A DNA stretch of 64,000 nucleotides. It comes from Isurus oxyrinchus. Taxonomy: Eukaryota. Each line of letters opens with the position of its first letter. Position 1 is the first letter of the stretch. Where the stretch lies: contig JANJGN010000001.1 in assembly GCA_026770705.1 (NCBI GenBank), forward strand, positions 39,804,001 through 39,868,000, given 5' to 3'. The position numbers and the translations under genes are program-made. A model generated the notes under the pieces. It had not been told where the DNA came from. It made no database searches and saw nothing but the letters and a program-made list of their open reading frames with translations. Shown one piece after another: positions 11,035 through 23,995 of this stretch.

Positions 11035-12584
11035 AGGCTCCTTTTGTTCTTATTCCTCTGCACTTTCATTCCTTTATATACTTCACTGCACTGCACACCC
11101 GCTCCCACCGGATCAATGCCTTCAGCGCTTTGCTCATGCAACTTTTCAGCATCTGCTTCATAACAGCCTTCCTTTTTCTTCCAGCTCACTTCAGCACTCC
11201 CGCTTCACACACTTGTCTTTAAACACAACGCTCCTCCTTTCATTTTGTCTTAAAGCCACTCTCTCATCATCAACTTTCTCGACATTTCTACCTTCATCAC
11301 CTTCTGCAAAATTAAAAGAACCTTCTCACAACTTGAGACCTGTTCACTTTTCACTCTGTTCAACCCAACTCACTTCTAACCACGAATTGGTTCTCAGGCC
11401 CGATTACTCTGCACAGAATGCAATATCTGGCTGCGCACACAAACAACAACAACAACAACAAAGTGCTTTGAAATGGCGCCTTTCATGTCGGAGAACAATC
11501 CGAAGCTCTTCACAGTGCTGTTTTCCAACAGAATTGGCAGGAGGCGGAGTGTCACTTTGCTTCTTTTCAGAGTCCGTTCAGAGTTTCACAGCTCATTTAC
11601 CTGAGGTGATGTTGGTAGGAAAGTGTAAGAGTCTTTGTAAATGTGTAAGGTTTGCCCTTAATCAGCCACAGCTGCTGCAGTTTGAAGAGTCCCAGTTTCT
11701 CAAATCTTTCCAAAGAGCCAAAGTTCATCATCCTGAGCTGAAGCTGGTTGACCTCTTCTTTCCCTCAGTCGGGAGCCTTGACGTCCTTCCCGAAGCTTGG
11801 TGAGCAGAACGACATTCAGGGTACGAGGGCGCAGGACGTGATAGCACGGTGCTAATGCTGTTGGGATCATGATGCAGAGGCCTGGATAACTCAAATGCTG
11901 ATGTGAGTTAAGATCCCAGCAAGGCTGCTAGTGGTTTAAAACAATCGTGTAAATGAACATGGGTTCCAAATGACACTTGTTTGGTGGAGGATTGGGCTGA
12001 GACTTCCCTTTGTTTGAAGGCCAATTGTGCCCTTGACAGATTACTCAGGACACAATTAGGGGAAAAAATCTAGCAGGCAGGAAATCAGGAATGGCGCAAG
12101 GAGTATTCCTTTGGTCGGAAGGAGCTGGATTCCATCAAAAAGCTTGAAGTTACAACTTGGCCCGATGCTAGCACAGTCAGGAGGTTGTAAAGAAATGTAG
12201 TGGCTTGAAGAAGCTGACATATTGCATGAAGTGCTAATGCAGTGGTGTGAAGTGAGAGTAAAAATACAGGCCGCAAATGATTTGAACAAGTTGTTAGCGT
12301 TTTTACATTGATGAGGTGAAGGCAGAGCTGCACTGGGGGGGGAATCAGATTGCATGAGAGGGGACTTGAGGCACAGGGCAGGTGGCTTAGAAGAATGTTG
12401 AAAGCTTGAAATGTGGTTGTGAATGAAATGGGGGTATAGAGCGGCTTGAGAGATGTTTGTGGTGTTGTGGCTCAGGTATCAGTGAGAAAATTGGATGCAA
12501 TTTCGGAATTGAAAAGACATTTGGAGGAACTGGGATTGGACACAAGTAACAGCATTTGAAAAAAGGCGAATGTGCTAAGCGATT

Positions 12585-12655
12585 GCATTGGTGGTTCAGT
12601 GGTAGAATTCTCGCCTGCCATTTAGGAGGCCTGGGTTAGATTCCTGGCCAATGCA
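12585..12655 (+). pseudogene. Degenerate tRNA-Gly(GCC), slot A
   Basis: Same as 1473-1543. Confidence 0.85.
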
Positions 12656-12815
12656 ACGTTGGAGTTCCGTTGCTCTTTGAGTTCTTGCTGCACTCTTGCT
12701 TGCAATGTCACTGTGTCCTGTGCAGCCACTCAATGTCATTGACAGCTTGATTGGGGCTCCAAATTGAAGCGTTTCAAGAAATGAGCTGCATCAAATTGCA
12801 GCTTTCCAGTCTGTG

Positions 12816-12886
12816 GCATTGGTGGTTCAGTGGTAGAATTCTCGCCTGCCACGCGGGAGGCCCGGGTTCGATTCCCGGCCAATGCA
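12816..12886 (+). tRNA. tRNA-Gly-GCC: tRNA-Gly(GCC), canonical
   Basis: Same as 1704-1774. Confidence 0.97.
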
Positions 12887-14436
12887 AGGCTCCTTTTGTT
12901 CTTATTCCTCTGCACTTTCATTCCTTTATATACTTCACTGCACTGCACACCCGCTCCCACCGGATCAATGCCTTCAGCGCTTTGCTCATGCAACTTTTCA
13001 GCATCTGCTTCATAACAGCCTTCCTTTTTCTTCCAGCTCACTTCAGCACTCCCGCTTCACACACTTGTCTTTAAACACAACGCTCCTCCTTTCATTTTGT
13101 CTTAAAGCCACTCTCTCATCATCAACTTTCTCGACATTTCTACCTTCATCACCTTCTGCAAAATTAAAAGAACCTTCTCACAACTTGAGACCTGTTCACT
13201 TTTCACTCTGTTCAACCCAACTCACTTCTAACCACGAATTGGTTCTCAGGCCCGATTACTCTGCACAGAATGCAATATCTGGCTGCGCACACAAACAACA
13301 ACAACAACAACAAAGTGCTTTGAAATGGCGCCTTTCATGTCGGAGAACAATCCGAAGCTCTTCACAGTGCTGTTTTCCAACAGAATTGGCAGGAGGCGGA
13401 GTGTCACTTTGCTTCTTTTCAGAGTCCGTTCAGAGTTTCACAGCTCATTTACTTGAGGTGATGTTGGTAGGAAAGTGTAAGAGTCTTTGTAAATGTGTAC
13501 GGTTTCCCCTTAATCAGCCACAGCTGCTGCAGTTTGAAGAGTCCCAGTTTCTCAAATCTTTCCAAAGAGCCAAAGTTCGTCATCCTGAGCTGAAGCTGGT
13601 TGACCTCTTCTTTCCCTCAGTCGGGAGCCTTGACGTCCTTCCCGAAGCTTGGTGAGCAGAACGACATTCAGGGTACGAGGGCGCAGGACGTGATAGCACG
13701 GTGCTAATGCTGTTGGGATCATGATGCAGAGGCCTGGATAACTCAAATGCTGATGTGAGTTAAGATCCCAGCAAGGCTGCTAGTGGTTTAAAACAATCGT
13801 GTAAATGAACATGGGTTCCAAATGACACTTGTTTGGTGGAGGATTGGGCTGAGACTTCCCTTTGTTTGAAGGCCAATTGTGCCCTTGACAGATTACTCAG
13901 GACACAATTAGGGGAAAAAATCTAGCAGGCAGGAAATCAGGAATGGCGCAAGGAGTATTCCTTTGGTCGGAAGGAGCTGGATTCCATCAAAAAGCTTGAA
14001 GTTACAACTTGGCCCGATGCTAGCACAGTCAGGAGGTTGTAAAGAAATGTAGTGGCTTGAAGAAGCTGACATATTGCATGAAGTGCTAATGCAGTGGTGT
14101 GAAGTGAGAGTAAAAATACAGGCCGCAAATGATTTGAACAAGTTGTTAGCGTTTTTACATTGATGAGGTGAAGGCAGAGCTGCACTGGGGGGGGAATCAG
14201 ATTGCATGAGAGGGGACTTGAGGCACAGGGCAGGTGGCTTAGAAGAATGTTGAAAGCTTGAAATGTGGTTGTGAATGAAATGGGGGTATAGAGCGGCTTG
14301 AGAGATGTTTGTGGTGTTGTGGCTCAGGTATCAGTGAGAAAATTGGATGCAATTTCGGAATTGAAAAGACATTTGGAGGAACTGGGATTGGACACAAGTA
14401 ACAGCATTTGAAAAAAGGCGAATGTGCTAAGCGATT

Positions 14437-14507
14437 GCATTGGTGGTTCAGTGGTAGAATTCTCGCCTGCCATTTAGGAGGCCTGGGTTAGATTCCTGGC
14501 CAATGCA
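14437..14507 (+). pseudogene. Degenerate tRNA-Gly(GCC), slot A
   Basis: Same as 1473-1543. Confidence 0.85.
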
Positions 14508-14667
14508 ACGTTGGAGTTCCGTTGCTCTTTGAGTTCTTGCTGCACTCTTGCTTGCAATGTCACTGTGTCCTGTGCAGCCACTCAATGTCATTGACAGCTT
14601 GATTGGGGCTCCAAATTGAAGCGTTTCAAGAAATGAGCTGCATCAAATTGCAGCTTTCCAGTCTGTG

Positions 14668-14738
14668 GCATTGGTGGTTCAGTGGTAGAATTCTCGCCTG
14701 CCACGCGGGAGGCCCGGGTTCGATTCCCGGCCAATGCA
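14668..14738 (+). tRNA. tRNA-Gly-GCC: tRNA-Gly(GCC), canonical
   Basis: Same as 1704-1774. Confidence 0.97.
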
Positions 14739-16287
14739 AGGCTCCTTTTGTTCTTATTCCTCTGCACTTTCATTCCTTTATATACTTCACTGCACTGCAC
14801 ACCCGCTCCCACCGGATCAATGTCTTCAGCGCTTTGCTCATGCAACTTTTCAGCATCTGCTTCATAACAGCCTTCCTTTTTCTTCCAGCTCACTTCAGCA
14901 CTCCTGCTTCACACACTTGTCTTTAAACACAACGCTCCTCCTTTCATTTTGTCTTAAAGCCACTCTCTCATCATCAACTTTCTCGACATTTCTACCTTCA
15001 TCACCTTCTGCAAAATTAAAAGAACCTTCTCACAACTTGAGACCTGTTCACTTTTCACTCTGTTCAACCCAACTCACTTCTAACCACGAATTGGTTCTCA
15101 GGCCCGATTACTCTGCACAGAATGCAATATCTGGCTGCGCACACAAACAACAACAACAACAACAAAGTGCTTTGAAATGGCGCCTTTGTGTCGGAGAACA
15201 ATCCGAAGCTCTTCACAGTGCTGTTTTCCAACAGAATTGGCAGGAGGCGGAGTGTCACTTTGCTTCTTTTCAGAGTCCGTTCAGAGTTTCACAGCTCATT
15301 TACTTGAGGTGATGTTGGTAGGAAAGTGTAAGAGTCTTTGTAAATGTGTACGGTTTCCCCTTAATCAGCCACAGCTGCTGCAGTTTGAAGAGTCCCAGTT
15401 TCTCAAATCTTTCCAAAGAGCCAAAGTTCGTCATCCTGAGCTGAAGCTGGTTGACCTCTTCTTTCCCTCAGTCGGGAGCCTTGACGTCCTTCCCGAAGCT
15501 TGGTGAGCAGAACGACATTCAGGGTACGAGGGCGCAGGACGTGATAGCACGGTGCTAATGCTGTTGGGATCATGATGCAGAGGCCTGGATAACTCAAATG
15601 CTGATGTGAGTTAAGATCCCAGCAAGGCTGCTAGTGGTTTAAAACAATCGTGTAAATGAACATGGGTTCCAAATGACACTTGTTTGGTGGAGGATTGGGC
15701 TGAGACTTCCCTTTGTTTGAAGGCCAATTGTGCCCTTGACAGATTACTCAGGACACAATTAGGGGAAAAAATCTAGCAGGCAGGAAATCAGGAATGGCGC
15801 AAGGAGTATTCCTTTGGTCGGAAGGAGCTGGATTCCATCAAAAAGCTTGAAGTTACAACTTGGCCCGATGCTAGCACAGTCAGGAGGTTGTAAAGAAATG
15901 TAGTGGCTTGAAGAAGCTGACATATTGCATGAAGTGCTAATGCAGTGGTGTGAAGTGAGAGTAAAAATACAGGCCGCAAATGATTTGAACAAGTTGTTAG
16001 CGTTTTTACATTGATGAGGTGAAGGCAGAGCTGCACTGGGGGGGGAATCAGATTGCATGAGAGGGGACTTGAGGCACAGGGCAGGTGGCTTAGAAGAATG
16101 TTGAAAGCTTGAAATGTGGTTGTGAATGAAATGGGGGTATAGAGCGGCTTGAGAGATGTTTGTGGTGTTGTGGCTCAGGTATCAGTGAGAAAATTGGATG
16201 CAATTTCGGAATTGAAAAGACATTTGGAGGAACTGGGATTGGACACAAGTAACAGCATTTGAAAAAAGGCGAATGTGCTAAGCGATT

Positions 16288-16358
16288 GCATTGGTGGTTC
16301 AGTGGTAGAATTCTCGCCTGCCATTTAGGAGGCCTGGGTTAGATTCCTGGCCAATGCA
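16288..16358 (+). pseudogene. Degenerate tRNA-Gly(GCC), slot A
   Basis: Same as 1473-1543. Confidence 0.85.
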
Positions 16359-16518
16359 ACGTTGGAGTTCCATTGCTCTTTGAGTTCTTGCTGCACTCTT
16401 GCTTGCAATGTCACTGTGTCCTGTGCAGCCACTCAATGTCATTGACAGCTTGATTGGGGCTCCAAATTGAAGCGTTTCAAGAAATGAGCTGCATCAAATT
16501 GCAACTTTCCAGTCTGTG

Positions 16519-16589
16519 GCATTGGTGGTTCAGTGGTAGAATTCTCGCCTGCCACGCGGGAGGCCCGGGTTCGATTCCCGGCCAATGCA
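16519..16589 (+). tRNA. tRNA-Gly-GCC: tRNA-Gly(GCC), canonical
   Basis: Same as 1704-1774. Confidence 0.97.
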
Positions 16590-18138
16590 AGGCTCCTTTT
16601 GTTCTTATTCCTCTGCATTTTCATTCCTTTATATACTTCACTGCACTGCACACCCGCTCCCACCGGATCAATGTCTTCAGCGCTTTGCTCATGCAACTTT
16701 TCAGCATCTGCTTCATAACAGCCTTCCTTTTTCTTCCAGCTCACTTCAGCACTCCCGCTTCACACACTTGTCTTTAAACACAACGCTCCTCCTTTCATTT
16801 TGTCTTAAAGCCACTCTCTCATCATCAACTTTCTCGACATTTCTACCTTCATCACCTTCTGCAAAATTAAAAGAACCTTCTCACAACTTGAGACCTGTTC
16901 ACTTTTCACTCTGTTCAACCCAACTCACTTCTAACCACGAATTGGTTCTCAGGCCCGATTACTCTGCACAGAATGCAATATCTGGCTGCGCACACAAACA
17001 ACAACAACAACAACAAAGTGCTTTGAAATGGCGCCTTTCATGTCGGAGAACAATCCGAAGCTCTTCACAGTGCTGTTTTCCAACAGAATTGGCAGGAGGC
17101 GGAGTGTCACTTTGCTTCTTTTCAGAGTCCGTTCAGAGTTTCACACCTCATTTACCTGAGGTGATGTTGGTAGGAAAGTGTAAGAGTCTTTGTAAATGTG
17201 TACGGTTTCCCCTTAATCAGCCACAGCTGCTGCAGTTTGAAGAGTCCCAGTTTCTCAAATCTTTCCAAAGAGCCAAAGTTCGTCATCCTGAGCTGAAGCT
17301 GGTTGACCTCTTCTTTCCCTCAGTCGGGAGCCTTGACGTCCTTCCCGAAGCTTGGTGAGCAGAACGACATTCAGGGTACGAGGGCGCAGGACGTGATAGC
17401 ACGGTGCTAATGCTGTTGGGATCATGATGCAGAGGCCTGGATAACTCAAATGCTGATGTGAGTTAAGATCCCAGCAAGGCTGCTAGTGGTTTAAAACAAT
17501 CGTGTAAATGAACATGGGTTCCAAATGACACTTGTTTGGTGGAGGATTGGGCTGAGACTTCCCTTTGTTTGAAGGCCAATTGTGACCTTGACAGATTACT
17601 CAGGACACAATTAGGGGAAAAAATCTGGCAGGCAGGAAATCAGGAATGGCGCAAGGAGTATTCCTTTGGTCGGAAGGAGCTGGATTCCATCAAAAAGCTT
17701 CAAGTTACAACTTGGCCCGATGCTAGCACAGTCAGGAGGTTGTAAAGAAATGTAGTGGCTTGAAGAAGCTGACATATTGCATGAAGTGCTAATGCAGTGG
17801 TGTGAAGTGAGAGTAAAAATACAGGCCGCAATGATTTGAACAAGTTGTTAGCGTTTTTACATTGATGAGGTGAAGGCAGAGCTGCACTGGGGGGGGAATC
17901 AGATTGCATGAGAGGGGACTTGAGGCACAGGGCAGGTGGCTTAGAAGAATGTTGAAAGCTTGAAATGTGGTTGTGAATGAAATGGGGGTATAGAGCGGCT
18001 TGAGAGATGTTTGTGGTGTTGTGGCTCAGGTATCAGTGAGAAAATTGGATGCAATTTAGGAATTGAAAAGACATTTGGAGGAACTGGGATTGGACACAAG
18101 TAACAGCATTTGAAAAAAGGCGAATGTGCTAAGCGATT

Positions 18139-18209
18139 GCATTGGTGGTTCAGTGGTAGAATTCTCGCCTGCCATTTAGGAGGCCTGGGTTAGATTCCTG
18201 GCCAATGCA
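18139..18209 (+). pseudogene. Degenerate tRNA-Gly(GCC), slot A
   Basis: Same as 1473-1543. Confidence 0.85.
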
Positions 18210-18369
18210 ACGTTGGAGTTCCGTTGCTCTTTGAGTTCTTGCTGCACTCTTGCTTGCAATGTCACTGTGTCCTGTGCAGCCACTCAATGTCATTGACAGC
18301 TTGATTGGGACTCCAAATTGAAGCGTTTCAAGAAATGAGCTGCATCAAATTGCAGCTTTCCAGTCTGTG

Positions 18370-18440
18370 GCATTGGTGGTTCAGTGGTAGAATTCTCGCC
18401 TGCCACGCGGGAGGCCCGGGTTCGATTCCCGGCCAATGCA
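18370..18440 (+). tRNA. tRNA-Gly-GCC: tRNA-Gly(GCC), canonical
   Basis: Same as 1704-1774. Confidence 0.97.
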
Positions 18441-19989
18441 AGGCTCCTTTTGTTCTTATTCCTCTGCACTTTCATTCCTTTATATACTTCACTGCACTGC
18501 ACACCCGCTCCCACCGGATCAATGCCTTCAGCGCTTTGCTCATGCAACTTTTCAGCATCTGCTTCATAACAGCCTTCCTTTTTCTTCCAGCTCACTTCAG
18601 CACTCCCGCTTCACACACTTGTCTTTAAACACAACGCTCCTCCTTTCATTTTGTCTTAAAGCCACTCTCTCATCATCAACTTTCTCGACATTTCTACCTT
18701 CATCACCTTCTGCAAAATTAAAAGAACCTTCTCACAACTTGAGACCTGTTCACTTTTCACTCTGTTCAACCCAACTCACTTCTAACCACGAATTGGTTCT
18801 CAGGCCCGATTACTCTGCACAGAATGCAATATCTGGCTGCGCACACAAACAACAACAACAACAACAAAGTGCTTTGAAATGGCGCCTTTCATGTCGGAGA
18901 ACAATCCGAAGCTCTTCACAGTGCTGTTTTCCAACAGAATTGGCAGGAGGCGGAGTGTCACTTTGCTTCTTTTCAGAGTCCGTTCAGAGTTTCACACCTC
19001 ATTTACCTGAGGTGATGTTGGTAGGAAAGTGTAAGAGTCTTTGTAAATGTGTACGGTTTGCCCTTAATCAGCCACAGCTGCTGCAGTTTGAAGAGTCCCA
19101 GTTTCTCAAATCTTTCCAAAGAGCCAAAGTTCGTCATCCTGAGCTGAAGCTGGTTGACCTCTTCTTTCCCTCAGTCGGCAGCCTTGACGTCCTTCCCGAA
19201 GCTTGGTGAGCAGAACGACATTCAGGGTACGAGGGCGCAGGACGTGATAGCACGGTGCTAATGCTGTTGGGATCATGATGCAGAGGCCTGGATAACTCAA
19301 ATGCTGATGTGAGTTAAGATCCCAGCAAGGCTGCTAGTGGTTTAAAACAATCGTGTAAATGAACATGGGTTCCAAATGACACTTGTTTGGTGGAGGATTG
19401 GGCTGAGACTTCCCTTTGTTTGAAGGCCAATTGTGACCTTGACAGATTACTCAGGACACAATTAGGGGAAAAAATCTGGCAGGCAGGAAATCAGGAATGG
19501 CGCAAGGAGTATTCCTTTGGTCGGAAGGAGCTGGATTCCATCAAAAAGCTTGAAGTTACAACTTGGCCCGATGCTAGCACAGTCAGGAGGTTGTAAAGAA
19601 ATGTAGTGGCTTGAAGAAGCTGACATATTGCATGAAGTGCTAATGCAGTGGTGTGAAGTGAGAGTAAAAATACAGGCCGCAATGATTTGAACAAGTTGTT
19701 AGCGTTTTTACATTGATGAGGTGAAGGCAGAGCTGCACTGGGGGGGGAATCAGATTGCATGAGAGGGGACTTGAGGCACAGGGCAGGTGGCTTAGAAGAA
19801 TGTTGAAAGCTTGAAATGTGGTTGTGAATGAAATGGGGGTATAGAGCGGCTTGAGAGATGTTTGTGGTGTTGTGGCTCAGGTATCAGTGAGAAAATTGGA
19901 TGCAATTTCGGAATTGAAAAGACATTTGGAGGAACTGGGATTGGACACAAGTAACAGCATTTGAAAAAAGGCGAATGTGCTAAGCGATT

Positions 19990-20060
19990 GCATTGGTGGT
20001 TCAGTGGTAGAATTCTCGCCTGCCATTTAGGAGGCCTGGGTTAGATTCCTGGCCAATGCA
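19990..20060 (+). pseudogene. Degenerate tRNA-Gly(GCC), slot A
   Basis: Same as 1473-1543. Confidence 0.85.
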
Positions 20061-20220
20061 ACGTTGGAGTTCCGTTGCTCTTTGAGTTCTTGCTGCACTC
20101 TTGCTTGCAATGTCACTGTGTCCTGTGCAGCCACTCAATGTCATTGACAGCTTGATTGGGACTCCAAATTGAAGCGTTTCAAGAAATGAGCTGCATCAAA
20201 TTGCAGCTTTCCAGTCTGTG

Positions 20221-20291
20221 GCATTGGTGGTTCAGTGGTAGAATTCTCGCCTGCCACGCGGGAGGCCCGGGTTCGATTCCCGGCCAATGCA
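20221..20291 (+). tRNA. tRNA-Gly-GCC: tRNA-Gly(GCC), canonical
   Basis: Same as 1704-1774. Confidence 0.97.
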
Positions 20292-21841
20292 AGGCTCCTT
20301 TTGTTCTTATTCCTCTGCATTTTCATTCCTTTATATACTTCACTGCACTGCACACCCGCTCCCACCGGATCAATGTCTTCAGCGCTTTGCTCATGCAACT
20401 TTTCAGCATCTGCTTCATAACAGCCTTCCTTTTTCTTCCAGCTCACTTCAGCACTCCCGCTTCACACACTTGTCTTTAAACACAACGCTCCTCCTTTCAT
20501 TTTGTCTTAAAGCCACTCTCTCATCATCAACTTTCTCGACATTTCTACCTTCATCACCTTCTGCAAAATTAAAAGAACCTTCTCACAACTTGAGACCTGT
20601 TCACTTTTCACTCTGTTCAACCCAACTCACTTCTAACCACGAATTGGTTCTCAGGCCCGATTACTCTGCACAGAATGCAATATCTGGCTGCGCACACAAA
20701 CAACAACAACAACAACAAAGTGCTTTGAAATGGCGCCTTTCATGTCGGAGAACAATCCGAAGCTCTTCACAGTGCTGTTTTCCAACAGAATTGGCAGGAG
20801 GCGGAGTGTCACTTTGCTTCTTTTCAGAGTCCGTTCAGAGTTTCACAGCTCATTTACCTGAGGTGATGTTGGTAGGAAAGTGTAAGAGTCTTTGTAAATG
20901 TGTACGGTTTCCCCTTAATCAGCCACAGCTGCTGCAGTTTGAAGAGTCCCAGTTTCTCAAATCTTTCCAAAGAGCCAAAGTTCGTCATCCTGAGCTGAAG
21001 CTGGTTGACCTCTTCTTTCCCTCAGTCGGGAGCCTTGACGTCCTTCCCGAAGCTTGGTGAGCAGAACGACATTCAGGGTACGAGGGCGCAGGACGTGATA
21101 GCACGGTGCTAATGCTGTTGGGATCATGATGCAGAGGCCTGGATAACTCAAATGCTGATGTGAGTTAAGATCCCAGCAAGGCTGCTAGTGGTTTAAAACA
21201 ATCGTGTAAATGAACATGGGTTCCAAATGACACTTGTTTGGTGGAGGATTGGGCTGAGACTTCCCTTTGTTTGAAGGCCAATTGTGCCCTTGACAGATTA
21301 CTCAGGACACAATTAGGGGAAAAAATCTAGCAGGCAGGAAATCAGGAATGGCGCAAGGAGTATTCCTTTGGTCGGAAGGAGCTGGATTCCATCAAAAAGC
21401 TTGAAGTTACAACTTGGCCCGATGCTAGCACAGTCAGGAGGTTGTAAAGAAATGTAGTGGCTTGAAGAAGCTGACATATTGCATGAAGTGCTAATGCAGT
21501 GGTGTGAAGTGAGAGTAAAAATACAGGCCGCAAATGATTTGAACAAGTTGTTAGCGTTTTTACATTGATGAGGTGAAGGCAGAGCTGCACTGGGGGGGGA
21601 ATCAGATTGCATGAGAGGGGACTTGAGGCACAGGGCAGGTGGCTTAGAAGAATGTTGAAAGCTTGAAATGTGGTTGTGAATGAAATGGGGGTATAGAGCG
21701 GCTTGAGAGATGTTTGTGGTGTTGTGGCTCAGGTATCAGTGAGAAAATTGGATGCAATTTCGGAATTGAAAAGACATTTGGAGGAACTGGGATTGGACAC
21801 AAGTAACAGCATTTGAAAAAAGGCGAATGTGCTAAGCGATT

Positions 21842-21912
21842 GCATTGGTGGTTCAGTGGTAGAATTCTCGCCTGCCATTTAGGAGGCCTGGGTTAGATTC
21901 CTGGCCAATGCA
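21842..21912 (+). pseudogene. Degenerate tRNA-Gly(GCC), slot A
   Basis: Same as 1473-1543. Confidence 0.85.
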
Positions 21913-22072
21913 ACGTTGGAGTTCCGTTGCTCTTTGAGTTCTTGCTGCACTCTTGCTTGCAATGTCACTGTGTCCTGTGCAGCCACTCAATGTCATTGAC
22001 AGCTTGATTGGGGCTCCAAATTGAAGCGTTTCAAGAAATGAGCTGCATCAAATTGCAGCTTTCCAGTCTGTG

Positions 22073-22143
22073 GCATTGGTGGTTCAGTGGTAGAATTCTC
22101 GCCTGCCACGCGGGAGGCCCGGGTTCGATTCCCGGCCAATGCA
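22073..22143 (+). tRNA. tRNA-Gly-GCC: tRNA-Gly(GCC), canonical
   Basis: Same as 1704-1774. Confidence 0.97.
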
Positions 22144-23693
22144 AGGCTCCTTTTGTTCTTATTCCTCTGCACTTTCATTCCTTTATATACTTCACTGCAC
22201 TGCACACCCGCTCCCACCGGATCAATGCCTTCAGCGCTTTGCTCATGCAACTTTTCAGCATCTGCTTCATAACAGCCTTCCTTTTTCTTCCAGCTCACTT
22301 CAGCACTCCCGCTTCACACACTTGTCTTTAAACACAACGCTCCTCCTTTCATTTTCTCTTAAAGCCACTCTCTCATCATCAACTTTCTCGACATTTCTAC
22401 CTTCATCACCTTCTGCAAAATTAAAAGAACCTTCTCACAACTTGAGACCTGTTCACTTTTCACTCTGTTCAACCCAACTCACTTCTAACCACGAATTGGT
22501 TCTCAGGCCCGATTACTCTGCACAGAATGCAATATCTGGCTGCGCACACAAACAACAACAACAACAACAAAGTGCTTTGAAATGGCGCCTTTCATGTCGG
22601 AGAACAATCCGAAGCTCTTCACAGTGCTGTTTTCCAACAGAATTGGCAGGAGGCGGAGTGTCACTTTGCTTCTTTTCAGAGTCCGTTCAGAGTTTCACAC
22701 CTCATTTACCTGAGGTGATGTTGGTAGGAAAGTGTAAGAGTCTTTGTAAATGTGTAAGGTTTGCCCTTAATCAGCCACAGCTGCTGCAGTTTGAAGAGTC
22801 CCAGTTTCTCAAATCTTTCCAAAGAGCCAAAGTTCATCATCCTGAGCTGAAGCTGGTTGACCTCTTCTTTCCCTCAGTCGGGAGCCTTGACGTCCTTCCC
22901 GAAGCTTGGTGAGCAGAACGACATTCAGGGTACGAGGGCGCAGGACGTGATAGCACGGTGCTAATGCTGTTGGGATCATGATGCAGAGGCCTGGATAACT
23001 CAAATGCTGATGTGAGTTAAGATCCCAGCAAGGCTGCTAGTGGTTTAAAACAATCGTGTAAATGAACATGGGTTCCAAATGACACTTGTTTGGTGGAGGA
23101 TTGGGCTGAGACTTCCCTTTGTTTGAAGGCCAATTGTGCCCTTGACAGATTACTCAGGACACAATTAGGGGAAAAAATCTAGCAGGCAGGAAATCAGGAA
23201 TGGCGCAAGGAGTATTCCTTTGGTCGGAAGGAGCTGGATTCCATCAAAAAGCTTGAAGTTACAACTTGGCCCGATGCTAGCACAGTCAGGAGGTTGTAAA
23301 GAAATGTAGTGGCTTGAAGAAGCTGACATATTGCATGAAGTGCTAATGCAGTGGTGTGAAGTGAGAGTAAAAATACAGGCCGCAAATGATTTGAACAAGT
23401 TGTTAGCGTTTTTACATTGATGAGGTGAAGGCAGAGCTGCACTGGGGGGGGAATCAGATTGCATGAGAGGGGACTTGAGGCACAGGGCAGGTGGCTTAGA
23501 AGAATGTTGAAAGCTTGAAATGTGGTTGTGAATGAAATGGGGGTATAGAGCGGCTTGAGAGATGTTTGTGGTGTTGTGGCTCAGGTATCAGTGACAAAAT
23601 TGGATGCAATTTCGGAATTGAAAAGACATTTGGAGGAACTGGGATTGGACACAAGTAACAGCATTTGAAAAAAGGCGAATGTGCTAAGCGATT

Positions 23694-23764
23694 GCATTGG
23701 TGGTTCAGTGGTAGAATTCTCGCCTGCCATTTAGGAGGCCTGGGTTAGATTCCTGGCCAATGCA
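23694..23764 (+). pseudogene. Degenerate tRNA-Gly(GCC), slot A
   Basis: Same as 1473-1543. Confidence 0.85.
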
Positions 23765-23924
23765 ACGTTGGAGTTCCGTTGCTCTTTGAGTTCTTGCTGC
23801 ACTCTTGCTTGCAATGTCACTGTGTCCTGTGCAGCCACTCAATGTCATTGACAGCTTGATTGGGGCTCCAAATTGAAGCGTTTCAAGAAATGAGCTGCAT
23901 CAAATTGCAGCTTTCCAGTCTGTG

Positions 23925-23995
23925 GCATTGGTGGTTCAGTGGTAGAATTCTCGCCTGCCACGCGGGAGGCCCGGGTTCGATTCCCGGCCAATGCA
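23925..23995 (+). tRNA. tRNA-Gly-GCC: tRNA-Gly(GCC), canonical
   Basis: Same as 1704-1774. Confidence 0.97.
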